Part shown: in pieces, positions 1 through 11,183 of the stretch
Layout of the letters: each line of letters opens with the position of its first letter
Position numbering within the stretch: the stretch's first letter is position 1
From: Amphiscolops sp. MND2022
Lineage: Eukaryota
Length of the DNA stretch: 64,000 nucleotides
Assembly (NCBI GenBank): GCA_964187785.1
Contig: OZ076410.1
Span: 45,694,001 to 45,758,000, forward strand
Direction: 5' to 3'
Translations under genes and position numbers: made by a program
Notes under the pieces: model-generated
The model's input: only the letters and a program-made list of their open reading frames with translations
Databases searched by the model: none
Told to the model about the DNA's origin: nothing

Positions 1-1634
1 GGGTTAGTTGACTTTTTGGACGATTTTTCATCGCCAGAGGTGTCATCAGCCTTATCCTCAGGACGTGTCCTTTTGGGTCGTAAATGTGCTCCAGCACCTT
101 TCCAGCATCTTTCAACGGGGTGATTTTTCTTTCCGCAAGTAGGGCATTCTGGGTATGTAGGACGTTGGGGCTTTTTGCCATTTTTGTCCTCCAGTTCTTT
201 CTTCTTTTTCAATTTGGGGCAGCTCTTATTAAAGTGGCCTGTGGCTTTACAATAAGAGCATTGTGCGTCCTTATTAGTATTTATGCCATTAGAGAGCAAA
301 TTGTTGTTACTGGTGGACGCAGAGGCCATTGTGGCGATTGGCAAATCGTCCGACTCTTCTAATGCGTTGAGTTCAAGCTCTCTTTCAAGATGAGCGACGA
401 TTTCTTCATATGTCCCGTTCTCCAGGCGGGCCATATTGACAGATCGTTTCAATTTTGGAGGCAGTTTTGCGTATAATAAGCTGTCAATCATGCTTTTTGC
501 ATTTTCGCCGAAAGCTTTTTCTGCCCCCTGGTTCAGTTCTTCTAAGAAATCCGGCAATTTCATGGTATTCGGATCGAAAGTCAGCCGATGCCATTTGTGT
601 TTTGCCGTTGCTTGGGATTCCGGTTTGACGTATTTTCTCCGGAATATGATTAGCACATCCTCGAGTGTTTGACGGTTAATTGAGTTTATGTTCCTGAAGG
701 TCTGCAGGGCCCCTTTTCTGAGCAATGAGTGAAAATGGTTTATTTTCAATTGCTCTGTCATGGCTGGTTGCATTTTGATCATTGTGTGGAACAAGTCTTC
801 AAAGAGTTCGAATTTCTCACTCTTTCCGTCAAACGTCATAGGTGTCGTTTGGACAGGTCGGATTGTCATCGTTTGGGGTTTATTTTGCAAATTGACTAGT
901 ACATCAGCCAATCTATTGAGCGGGTCCTGAGGCGGCTCTGTGGCCTCTGGTTCTGGCGCTGGCAGAGTGGTGTCCAGAGAGACATTGTGGTTAGATTGCT
1001 GTCTCTCTAGGTTCGGGATTGAGTGGATTCGTCCAGTGAGAAATTCAGGTATAGGCAGTTGGGCTTCGTTAGCTCCTGTCACCATGTAAGAGCCACGTCC
1101 CGTGGTGTCTCTCAAATCACCAACGGACCGCGAGTCCTTTTTCGATAATTTTGTTTTCACGCCGGATGAACTTTCCCTATTTTCCTGACTGCTAGGAGAC
1201 ATACTAGCCTCAGTGTCCCTGTTCCCAGACGAAGACATTGAACTCACAATGTTTTGAATCTCTGGTAGCACCTTTTCTGATATGGCAGTACTGATTGCCC
1301 TATTTATTTGGTTATGTACCATGGTCATCATGGAATCCATTTCTTGAGACAATCTAAGATTAAATTCATTTGAGAACGTTTCAAAGGACTGCCTAACATC
1401 GTTCTGCCTGTACTCACTATCCCCATGGGAGAAGTTTCTGTATTCATCCCTTTGGTACAGATTAGTCTCACTGTCACTATGAACTGAAGATTGTTCAATT
1501 GCCTCGGTTAATTCTCTCTCAATAGGATTTTCATTCCCATTACCTAACATTACGTCCAAGTTGTCTATATCGGACATCATGTCCATTTCTCTAGACTTTC
1601 TTGCCTTAGCTTTCTGTCTTCTTGTGGAAGGCAT
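1..1634 (-). CDS. gag: Gag of a Ty3/gypsy-like LTR retrotransposon (element A), open to the window edge
   Basis: Manual translation from ATG 1634 (MPSTRRQKAKARKSREMDMMSD...) stays open to base 1. It has a capsid-like segment (TFDGKSEKFELFEDLF...) and two CCHC knuckles (CSYCKATGHFNKSC, CPTCGRKNHPVERC). It is absent from the ORF track because no stop lies inside the window. Confidence 0.85.
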   Translation of the reverse strand, partial: MPSTRRQKAKARKSREMDMMSDIDNLDVMLGNGNENPIERELTEAIEQSSVHSDSETNLYQRDEYRNFSHGDSEYRQNDVRQSFETFSNEFNLRLSQEMDSMMTMVHNQINRAISTAISEKVLPEIQNIVSSMSSSGNRDTEASMSPSSQENRESSSGVKTKLSKKDSRSVGDLRDTTGRGSYMVTGANEAQLPIPEFLTGRIHSIPNLERQQSNHNVSLDTTLPAPEPEATEPPQDPLNRLADVLVNLQNKPQTMTIRPVQTTPMTFDGKSEKFELFEDLFHTMIKMQPAMTEQLKINHFHSLLRKGALQTFRNINSINRQTLEDVLIIFRRKYVKPESQATAKHKWHRLTFDPNTMKLPDFLEELNQGAEKAFGENAKSMIDSLLYAKLPPKLKRSVNMARLENGTYEEIVAHLERELELNALEESDDLPIATMASASTSNNNLLSNGINTNKDAQCSYCKATGHFNKSCPKLKKKKELEDKNGKKPQRPTYPECPTCGKKNHPVERCWKGAGAHLRPKRTRPEDKADDTSGDEKSSKKSTN

Positions 1635-1787
1635 AAATGGTTGTACTAGAGGTAATATTTAAATTATTCTAGTAATCGGTTATTAACAACTGAACGGCTA
1701 ATAATTTGTATCTGAGTATTATCAAAAGGTGAAACTGATAATAATATCGCTTGTCAAATTGTGTCCCCGAGGACAGCTAGTCCTGGG

Positions 1788-1809
1788 TATTTATAGTTAG
1801 GGCGGGGGT
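1788..1809 (-). promoter_or_regulatory. TATA box with adjacent GC box upstream of element A gag
   Basis: Minus strand reads CCCCGCCC-TAAC-TATAAATA, about 150 nt upstream of the gag ATG. Confidence 0.5.
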
Positions 1810-1984
1810 GATGAACTAATTTCAGGGTGTCATGCATTTATTTTTAGAACATAACAGCTAAAAATAGCACCGTGATGTCATCAACGCACTAAATATATAC
1901 TTCAAAGGGCTAGCGGTGATTGAATATTAATACGGCCTCCATGGCTACAATGACAATGACAGCCAAGAATTACATATATTAACA

Positions 1985-2470
1985 TGTAAAAGCAACAATT
2001 CATGTATCATGTTTTATAACATGACTTTTCTAGCCATATTAGCTAGAATGTATCTAAAATAGTAAGCATCAAGATTTTAATTTCTGTACTTTCAAGGTAC
2101 AGGAATGGTCAAGTATCCACGCTGTCTTATTATAGCAACTAATAGAACAGCTTTCGACTATCTAAAATAACAGCATTGTCGGCTTGTGTCAAAGTGGACA
2201 CGCTGTCCTTTATTTATTTCCAAGCCGTGAGAATGAAAGCCAAGTACGGCGCAGGTACTAATACTGCCATATTGGTTTAAAAGCAACTGTACATGTACAT
2301 AACTAAATACTGCTCTCTGATTGGTTGATTTCAAATCGGATGCTTTGTCCAAGGCGACAGGCAAGAAAACATTTGAACTCGTTTCCTTTGCCTGTACGCC
2401 TTGGTGTCCAATTTCAAATTCACCGTACATTAATATACATATGAATAGTAACAGCATCTAACATTTTACA
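1985..2470. repeat. Candidate LTR-like segment
   Basis: Bounded by TGTAAAA...TTTTACA (7-bp inverted termini) and contains CCAAT, TATA-like and AATAAA motifs on the minus strand. No TSD, PBS, PPT or second copy was found. Confidence 0.3.
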
Positions 2471-2530
2471 ATGAGTATAAAATCAACTAGTACTAAGCAA
2501 TCGAAATATTACTTTCCGAGCAAGTTTTAA

Positions 2531-3066
2531 TTTATTGGGAGGGTATTCGGCAGGGCTCTTTGGTAGCTGTGGCTTATTGAATACAGATTCCCATCACAGG
2601 CGGCCGCCTGGGACACTTAAACTTCTCAAGTAATTTCTCACAGCCGCTTGGCTAGGTGGTTAACGCGGAGTTCCTTTAGTCTAAGAAGCAGGGGGATGTT
2701 TGTTCGAGTCCAGCACTCAATCAAAAACTGTTTATGCAAAAGTAAATGGAGATCTAAAGGTCTATCCCTCAGAACTTTTTCTGCGCTGGGCGACTTACCA
2801 AGTTTTGAAAATCTTTGTGAATTGAAGTTTCCGAACAAATTGTTCAAAATTTTCTTCCCAGTTTTTGTTTACAGAGGTTTTTTGTGAAAACAATATGTTT
2901 CTCGAGTCTCCAGGGTAATTCTCTCTCTGTAATACTTTTTGACCCTGTGGAACCGATGAGCTTTCCTAATGATTGAAACAAATATCTTTTTCCACTTTTT
3001 CGAAGCTCTGTACGTCTTTCCGAATCTGAGTTTTCAATTGGTCGAAGGGTGCCCCTCGCTTTTATA
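2531..3066 (-). pseudogene. Decayed small transcription unit of unknown (viral or transposon) origin
   Basis: TATAAAA at 3066-3060, a broken reading frame including ORF 2847-2638 (...DRPLDLHLLLHKQFLIECWTRTN...), and AATAAA at 2536-2531. Confidence 0.35.
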
Positions 3067-4959
3067 GCTGATTTGGGCCAGCGAGAAAGTAATTTTGCAA
3101 GCTGAAATCTTTTGCAGCACTATGATACTTTTGGAATATGATTTAATCTTCGAAAAACTGATTTTTTTGTTCTTCCAGTAGGGACAAATGGTTTCTGAGT
3201 CTCAGGCGTACTTTTTAGGGCTTTTTCGGGCACTGAGAAATTGGTAACAGCTTGAAAAAAGTTTGCTCTGTATGTCTTAAAATGTTAGTTTTACGAAACT
3301 TGAGCCGGGCGCTTCATTTTTGCACATAACGTCACCAATAATACAAACTTGAAAAACTTTGAATATTTCTTTCGAATAAGTTCTTGGGGGTCAATTGGAT
3401 TACCTTTTCAACAAGAACCTACATATGTTGTTCTAAAACATCTACTGGAAATAAAGTTCACTGGCAATCGTTGTTAAATTTCAACACAATTCTAACCCAC
3501 AAAATAAGTTGAGATTTTCACGTAAAGTTGTAACCAAACCTCTAACACTTTTTTATGTTTGGGTATATCTGAGGTTTTTTTCCTGAAAGGAACACTACAA
3601 AAACATTTTCCTTTGGAAGGCGTAGAAAAAATTTAGTATATTTACAGTGTATATTGAACTATTGACAGATAAATTTTAAGAAAAATGATACTTTTTCCGA
3701 ATAGGTTTTTTTTGAGACATTTTGCAATAAAACTTGTCCGATATCTTCTTGGAACACTATCGGTAGGTACAAGTTTTTATACTGAGCCTATGAAGTTCCT
3801 AGTTACAGAAAGTTTTCAGGAAGAGAGCAAAATTCGGATTATGTTGTCAAAAACTGAGAGAAATTTGTTGCCAATTTCGGTTCAAAATTCATTTTATTGG
3901 AAGTGCTATTTTTCATGGATTGAACAAAAAATGCAATTTATTTGCCAAAAAACGTGCTTTTTCCCACGTTTTTGATTTTGGGGTGTCTTTGAGGCCCAAT
4001 CTAACAAAAAATTGCGGTTCTACTTTCAAAAACGCCTATTGGAGACTCGTATTTGTCGCTGAGTTTGTGAAACTGTTTTATGCAAAGAAATTGCTGAAAA
4101 CTTGTACAAAAAACTGGAATAAAGTCCAAAACGTCAAAATTCTTCCTTTTTTGCCTATTTTAGGTTAATCTTAAGGTCATTCTTAGTTATCAAGTAATTT
4201 GAAAACTGCAAATTTTTCTTTAAAACTGTGCTGAGGAGCTAGGTAATTTATCTGGAGCTTTTTGATAGTTCAAATTTCTTTGAGGTTAACTTAAAAATCA
4301 CTGAAAATGACAAAAATGACAAACAGAAGTCTGCAATTACGTCTTCAAAAAAGCCTACTGGATAGCGATTTCAATCGTTATGGAAGTTTTTGAACATTCA
4401 GAGTCTGAAACTATTCAAAAGTTTCACAAAACTTGCATAGAATCGTGAAAGTATTGAATATTTTCCAGTTGAGTTTTTCAACTCATTTGGAGCCATTCTG
4501 AAGTGTCGTTGAAGCAAAACGGTGCAACCTTCTCTTCAAAAAGGCGTACTGCTGTGCTGCTTTAAAAAGTTGTATATTTTAGTTAGTGGTCTTGTATCTA
4601 GATGGTACAGGTTTAAATTTTCAGACAAGACTACTTAGATCGATGCTAGCTAGCTGACTCTAATAAAGCTTGGAGGTCTGAAAGGAGAAAAAGGAAAGTC
4701 GACTAAATACTGAATATTAGTTTTCTCTCAGACGGAGTAGAAATTTACAGTCATTCAATATTAAATAAATGTACATTCTAGAACATTCTATAAACATCTA
4801 AAAACTATTGGTTATTAATATAGGTCAGTACATCCATCCCGGTTTTTAGATAAAATAAAAATTTTCACATCACATGACTAAAATAAGTTTGGAAAAATTT
4901 TTTGTATAAATGTTTTTAGCGTTTCAGCTAGTTCAAATTTTTATTTTGATGGATGATTG

Positions 4960-5566
4960 ACATAAGTCTCTATTAGATTGGTGTAAGTTCGACTGAATGA
5001 TAGACTTCGAGTTGTCTGTCAAAAAATGTCACAACTTTATTAGACCTCATATGTGCGACTATAGGTCAAAGGCATCAAAATGGTCTGTTTCACTATGCTT
5101 TCGGGCCTAGTTTTTGAACTGGTAGCGGCTCGATACTATGTCTTTGTTGAAATTTTGAATTAACTTCGCATTTAACAAATCGTGAGCAAAACATCATATG
5201 AGGGAAAGGTCAAAGAATCATTGAGAAATTTTTGTTGACAAATTTTATCGCTTGAAGTATGAAAACGGTTTGAAAAGATTTCAGGTTGTTTTCAACTTTG
5301 GCGGGTTTGTTATGTAAGAAATGTGGAAAAATCTGAGAAAGTGGGCTTCTCATTATTCGAAGTGAAATTGAACAATGTGCTTGATCAATTTTTGAGCTAA
5401 TTTTGTCGAAATTTTGAAAAGAGTTTGTTAACATATGGTTGAATTCTTTTTGGGATCGAAATGCTAATAAAGAAATATTCATGAAAAATGGGCAAATAAA
5501 TATCGGTTTGGGCAAATAAACTTTATCAATGGGGTAAATAAATATGGCGGTGTTTTTATACTTCAC
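4960..5566 (-). pseudogene. Element B accessory ORF (most distal), unknown function
   Basis: 118-aa ORF 5566-5210 with protein-like continuation broken by stops. Same strand and composition as the element. Confidence 0.4.
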
Positions 5567-5919
5567 AAATGAATCATAAAAATTTTATTGGAATTATATT
5601 TTGAAGAAAAGTTTATAAAGTTTAATCAAGTACAATGTTTTTTGTCATGCTTCTTGTTTCAAATTTTAATATTATTCGTATTATCTTCTCATGGGTCTTC
5701 TTGACTTCTGAATTCGCTGGATCGATGGTAGGACCAGTTTGAGAGAGGGTGAAATCGGCAATTTGGGGTCTTCAGTGCGGAATGATGTTGGATTTTTCTG
5801 CTGCAATGGGATTCTGCTGCAATCTCCTCGGTGTTGATGGGCGATCAATGGGTCCAGACGGTTGATGGTGTGCTGTATCCGTGTGCTGTGTCACGTGTGA
5901 TCTTCGGGTGAACTATAAC

Positions 5920-6489
5920 TCAGAATGCGATGTAAGTATATGTTTTGTATGAAGAATTTTGGTCGAGTATCGCTTCAGGAGTGTCTTTTTGAAGTTCATC
6001 ATCGGTAGAATCATTGTCATCCGATGGCCAGTAGGATATTAATTTTTCTTTTTCTAATAGAGTACGTGTTCTATTAGATATTTTTTTGGGGAAGGATTTT
6101 GGTCGGATAGTAGTATAATCCGTTTGAGTTGTAGCATCACATTTGTGAATGAAGGTATCGGGATGATTATGCAATATAAGGTATTGCTGAAAATTTATTT
6201 TGTTTATTTGGAATATTTGGAACATATTGAAGAGAATCATTTTCGTTAGTTGTGGATCTGCCTTTTTTCTTGTGTAATCTGTGTATATAACGCTGATATA
6301 TGTTTTTTCAGAATGAGAGATCGAAGGCGAGTTGAAGCAATCGGGAATTCTACAGAAGTATTTGAAGAAGTCATTGTGATAGAAGAGTTGAAATGGATAT
6401 TTTTTGGAAATTTTTCGATGTGGAAAGGCGTTGAGGCTGCGATTGGAAGGAAGAGGAAGGGGTGAAGAAAAAAGTTTGGAGATATTCAC
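5920..6489 (-). CDS. Element B accessory ORF, unknown function
   Basis: 189-aa ORF with an acidic C-terminus (SDDNDSTDDE), flanked by AT-rich spacers. Confidence 0.55.
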   Translation of the reverse strand: MNISKLFSSPLPLPSNRSLNAFPHRKISKKYPFQLFYHNDFFKYFCRIPDCFNSPSISHSEKTYISVIYTDYTRKKADPQLTKMILFNMFQIFQINKINFQQYLILHNHPDTFIHKCDATTQTDYTTIRPKSFPKKISNRTRTLLEKEKLISYWPSDDNDSTDDELQKDTPEAILDQNSSYKTYTYIAF

Positions 6490-6898
6490 CTGAAATAGAT
6501 TAGTTTGTTTACATTTAAATTCCTTTTAAATTAGATTTTTATTGTTGACATTTTTCTGATGTATTTTATTGTGTTATATCTTTTTAATTTTAGGAATCAA
6601 GTTGGTTTATTTTGGAAGTTTTTTGAAGAGTTTTTTGAATATCTTTCATTTGAGGGCTTATTTGTTAAAATCGGTTCATTAAAAGGAGGAGCATTTGAAG
6701 AATTTTGATTAAAAATTTTTATACCCATAGTAAAAACTTTTGTATTATTCTAAATTAAAGGTGTATTTTATTGGTTAATATAGACTATGATTGTGCTCAG
6801 CAAGCATAATTAAATTAGCACAAGGTAATTTTGACAGGTTATTAAAGAATTAAGAGTCAAGTGTGAAAATTATTATAGCTATTATCCATAATTACCAG

Positions 6899-8214
6899 TT
6901 AAGATTGTTGGAGTTTTTCAAAGGTGTAGTTGATTTCATCTAAAGATGTGCGTATGCACGAAGCTGATTGGCTAACTCTCGTCGTGTCAAATGCCATTTT
7001 TTGCAATAGGTCTCGGGCTTGTTCCAGTGTATTTACTATATCAGCAATAGAAATAAGTATATCCTTTTTGGGATTATGATATGGTTTTAAAATGTCCATT
7101 AATTGTTTGTTTTTGAATTTCTTCGGTAGGAAAAAAGCCTTCTGGTTGAGGAAAGTCATTTGTTGGTTTCTTTAAAGGTTCTTGATTTGTTCTTTTGTGT
7201 TCTTTTGTATTTCTTTTTGTAAGGATTGAAATGAGATGAGAAATAATGAATAATAATTCATTATTGGAATATCCCTTTTTTGCTATAGCGTAATAACAAG
7301 ATTTTGAGATTGTAGTTAACAAGAGGTTGGGAGGCAATGGGTTGAAGTGGAGGAAGAGGGTCTGATATACCTTTTGGTATATCGTCTTGTAATAGCGAAT
7401 CATGATTCAAAATGAGATATTCTTGTGGTACTATAATTGGTCTTTTAGGAAGGAAGAAAAGAAAACTTTGTTTCAATGGGTCGTAATTTCTTAGTTTTTC
7501 TTTCATTTTAGTGTGATCTATTAGGTAGTCTGAGATTAAAGTGAAAGGCGATGTAAATTTTGAATTGAAGAAAAGATAATTCTCGGGTTCTTTGTTTTTG
7601 AGAAATTTTTGGTACGTAATATGATGAGCTTTCTTTATTTGGTATGGCAAGAAAGTAGCATCATTCTCTTCAGTTTTGAGATCATACGGAGATGGTCTGA
7701 GGAAGTTATATTGAAGAGAGAAAATTTTCACTTTGTTATTTAACCACCAATCATATGGGGTAATTAGTTCTGAGGCAATTGGAGTATGATAATCGTTTTT
7801 GAATTCTCTGATGATAAATTTGTTTTTTGTTGGAATCATATATAAAGAAGTTAAATGAGATTGGAATGTGAATTGTCTTGAAGATAAAATGGGAATTGAA
7901 TCACAATCTCGATCTTCATCTTGTTTTGATGGAATTATGAAAGGAGGACAAGCGCCAGATTCCAAAAAAGGTTCATCGGCGGTTATATCTGGGTATTTTC
8001 GTTTTTGAGATTTCGCGTTTATATGATCAATTTGTTCAACTGGAATAGTTTCCATGGGTTCTTGAATTTGTGAAGATGATTCATTAACTTCGTTAACATT
8101 TTGTTGAATGGTTATATTCAAAGGGGATGCAAGCAATTCAGAGGGACTAGAGGTAAATACGTCAATTTCAGGCAAGGATTCCATTGTTTTAAATTGCGTG
8201 ATTTTGTAGCGCAA
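6899..8214 (-). pseudogene. Element B accessory ORF(s) immediately downstream of env, unknown function
   Basis: 317-aa ORF 8214-7261 plus overlapping frames 7403-7074 and 7159-6899, probably one or two frameshifted genes. The N-terminus is acidic and disordered. Confidence 0.65.
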
Positions 8215-8643
8215 AACTAATAATTTTACTTAACGTATGAAGTTTGAACACATGAAAAAGTTAATATTTTAAGTATTATTTATTCATTCGTTTAAAGGTT
8301 CGTTTGTAAAAATAGAGTTAAAACACTTACAGTATTTGAATACTTGTTTGCCAGTTGTGAGTTCAAAACATCAACAATCACAGTGGCATCTGTTCCCGGA
8401 ATAGAGACTTCTGTAATTTCGCGGTTTAGAGGGAGCGAAGAATCTTTCCAAGTAGAGAGTGATGTTCCAAGTGACGTTGTTCGGGTTGAATTGAGGTGGG
8501 CAACTGTCCAAGTGAGAAGTTGTGGGTAGAATGAAAGTAAATTTGTGAGGTTATTTGTTGTCGATTTTGTGAACTTTTTTAGGCTTGATTTGTTTTTTTT
8601 TGGTTATTATCCTTTCCTTTTGGTTATTATCTTTTCTTTCTTG

Positions 8644-11181
8644 TTAGGAGGAATTAAATTTTATGAAAACTTTTGCGGGGCTTTCCGGTGAAGCTATTAC
8701 ATTTTGTACTAAGGCGTCATAATCCTGGGAATTTTGAGGTGTTTTACAATCATTAATATTGTTTGGGTGTGTCTTTTTTGGTGATTTAAGGGTTGAATTT
8801 TTACATGTATATTTAGGAGGTAAATAAGGGGAGTCATTATCAGAGCATCTTCTTATTTGATTGTGTGTTTCTTTTTCGGATAACAGGATATGATCATTTT
8901 CACTTGTGGTAATTTTGTGTTTAGTATATATCCGTTTACGTTTTCCTGTATTATTTAAATCGGTAACCATTTCCGATGTGACTATATTAAAGAATCCATG
9001 GGCTCTTGAACTCAAAATGGAAATGTTGCTTTAGAGATTATATTTTATACTAATTGTCCTGTAGAGTCTGAGTAGGAAAGTTAAAACTTCTCTCATAAAA
9101 AGAAAGGTAGAGAAGTAAATTCCACATTGTGTTAAAATATAACATGGGTATCCGAATAAATAACGAACGCTTGACTAAACCAGTTAGGGTTGAAGAGTGG
9201 TAAAAGGTTTAACAAATGATCATGTAATCCAATCCTTAAATGATTATAAGGATTTGATCCTGTGTGGGAGTGTTTTTCATTATGCAATGTAATGAAATCG
9301 TAACTTAATGATTTCCCAATAATTGGAGAGTTGTACCTGAGAGTTTTGCGAATAATACTCCTATTCAGAATTGATCTAATTCTGCATTTGAGTAAATACC
9401 GGCATTTTGAGCTGTGAATGTTTTGGGTGTTATTGTTGTTTTAATTTGAGTGGGTTTAAACATTTGTGGTGCTTCCCTTTTTAGCGGGTCTGGTGTTAAC
9501 ACATAAAATCTCCGTCATCTGTATCTGGGTCTAATTCAAAAATATTTTGTGGGTTATTTCCACATTCTATTGGTTTGGCATAATTAAAAGTTTGTCTCGT
9601 TATGGGGTCTACATACATGATAGTTTCTCTATAGTGTATGGGAATTCTATCAAAGCATTTGTCTGCTTTGTATAGTGGTGATATGAAATGAGGGCAATCA
9701 TACAGCCATGCAATAGATCCTTCGACATAAAAGAAGTTACTGCGATTTCCAGTTAGAAGGAAACCGGCTAATTGAGGTTTCTTAACTGACATAGCTAAGA
9801 TTGTTAACAGTTGTGTTCTTTCTAGTTCACATACTGTGTGGAGATTGTTTAGTTCTTGTACTGTCATTGATTTAAATACGTGATTTATTGTGAAGTCAAT
9901 TTTTGTGTTAATATGAGCATCGTTATCTATGGTAGCGAAACTATTTGATATATTTAATGCAGGGAAAAAAACTTTTGATTAGAATTATCAAATTGTATTT
10001 TTCCACTAAAGTTTTGGTCTATTATTGAATTTGGTTTTGGCTGTCCAGTATTCATATCAAAACCATCTAAATAAGTAACAAAAACGTCGTCGTATTGTGT
10101 GGAATACAGTGGTTCTAGTTTTCCACAAAAGGTGTGTGCAATGGGATATATTTCAAAGCGAGAAAGACTTGGATTGTTTACAGTTGATTGTGGTGTTTTG
10201 ACATTGGGGTATTTTGTTCCTTTGATTCCTTCGGTCTGAAGCTGTTTTGTGATATTTGAGGAATTGATAAGGTTATCTGTTTCTATCCAATAACGGTCTT
10301 TAATTCTTGTCATTCTTCCAATGAATTCCTGTAATCGAAATACGAGGCAAAATTTTTCATCAAACCATGTTAATATGTATGGAGTTCTTGTGGTGGGTTT
10401 ACAAAATCCATCTGAATGATAACATGGTAATATCCATCATGAATCACTTGATTCTTTTTAACATCATAGGTTTTTTCAGCATTAGTCATTCTGAGATTCC
10501 AGCTTTGTCGGGTTGTTAAATGTTCTCTGTCGCTTCTACATCTTGAATAAAGATTTTGTGTGAAATTAACTATCCAGTCTTGGTATTGTTCATCAAGTAC
10601 GAATGTTCCAATATGCCAAGCAGTTAATTTGTTGACTCTAAATGGTTGTTGAACTCGTTCATTTCTATTTTCATGATCACTGTCGTCAGAAAATGAGAAT
10701 TGTATGTTGTAATTGTTTAATTCTTAACTATCGGTTGCGGTTAAAAATCTTATCATGTTTTTACATTCAATAGGGTCAAGTACTTTTGTAAGTTCTAATG
10801 TATTTTGTCGCCATTGTAAACGATCATATCGTCTACTGGATGAAAATATTTGGGAACACCAAACTTTTCTGTTTTTATATATGCTTCACATTTGAAGGCT
10901 TTGATACTTTTTGCTTTTGCTCTAACGTATACTGTTGCTTGAGTTTTCGTATGTTGTATGTCTGCGGGTGCTTGTTTACATGTTTCAACATTTAGTAAGC
11001 TGAATTGTCTTAAGTTGTTTTGTTTTGCACTGTCATAATGCGATACCAAAAGGTTTAATATGTTTGGGTCTTGTGGTGAAATATGGTGTTCTGGGTTTGT
11101 TGTATCAGCTTTAGGAACTGATGTCGTATTAGCTAGGTGTATTACATATACAATATATGTAATGAAAAGTATGTCTATCAT
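8644..11181 (-). pseudogene. env: Envelope glycoprotein of about 850 aa, class III fusogen-like (herpes gB / chuvirus G type)
   Basis: Joined frames show a hydrophobic signal peptide (MIDILFITYIVYVIHLA), Cys motifs PCYHSDGFCKPTTRTPYILTWFDEKFC, CELERTQLLTILAM and CFDRIPIHYRETIMYVDPITRQTFNYAKPIEC, then AGIYSNAEL, a TM segment (FGYPCYILTQCGIYFSTFLF) and a cytoplasmic tail. Confidence 0.8.
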
Positions 11182-11183
11182 AG

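Noticed and set aside
4590-4832. Solo LTR or 3' LTR of element B (TGTATC...GTACA with AATAAA)
   Set aside because: No TSD and no similarity to the 19.6-20.3 kb region.
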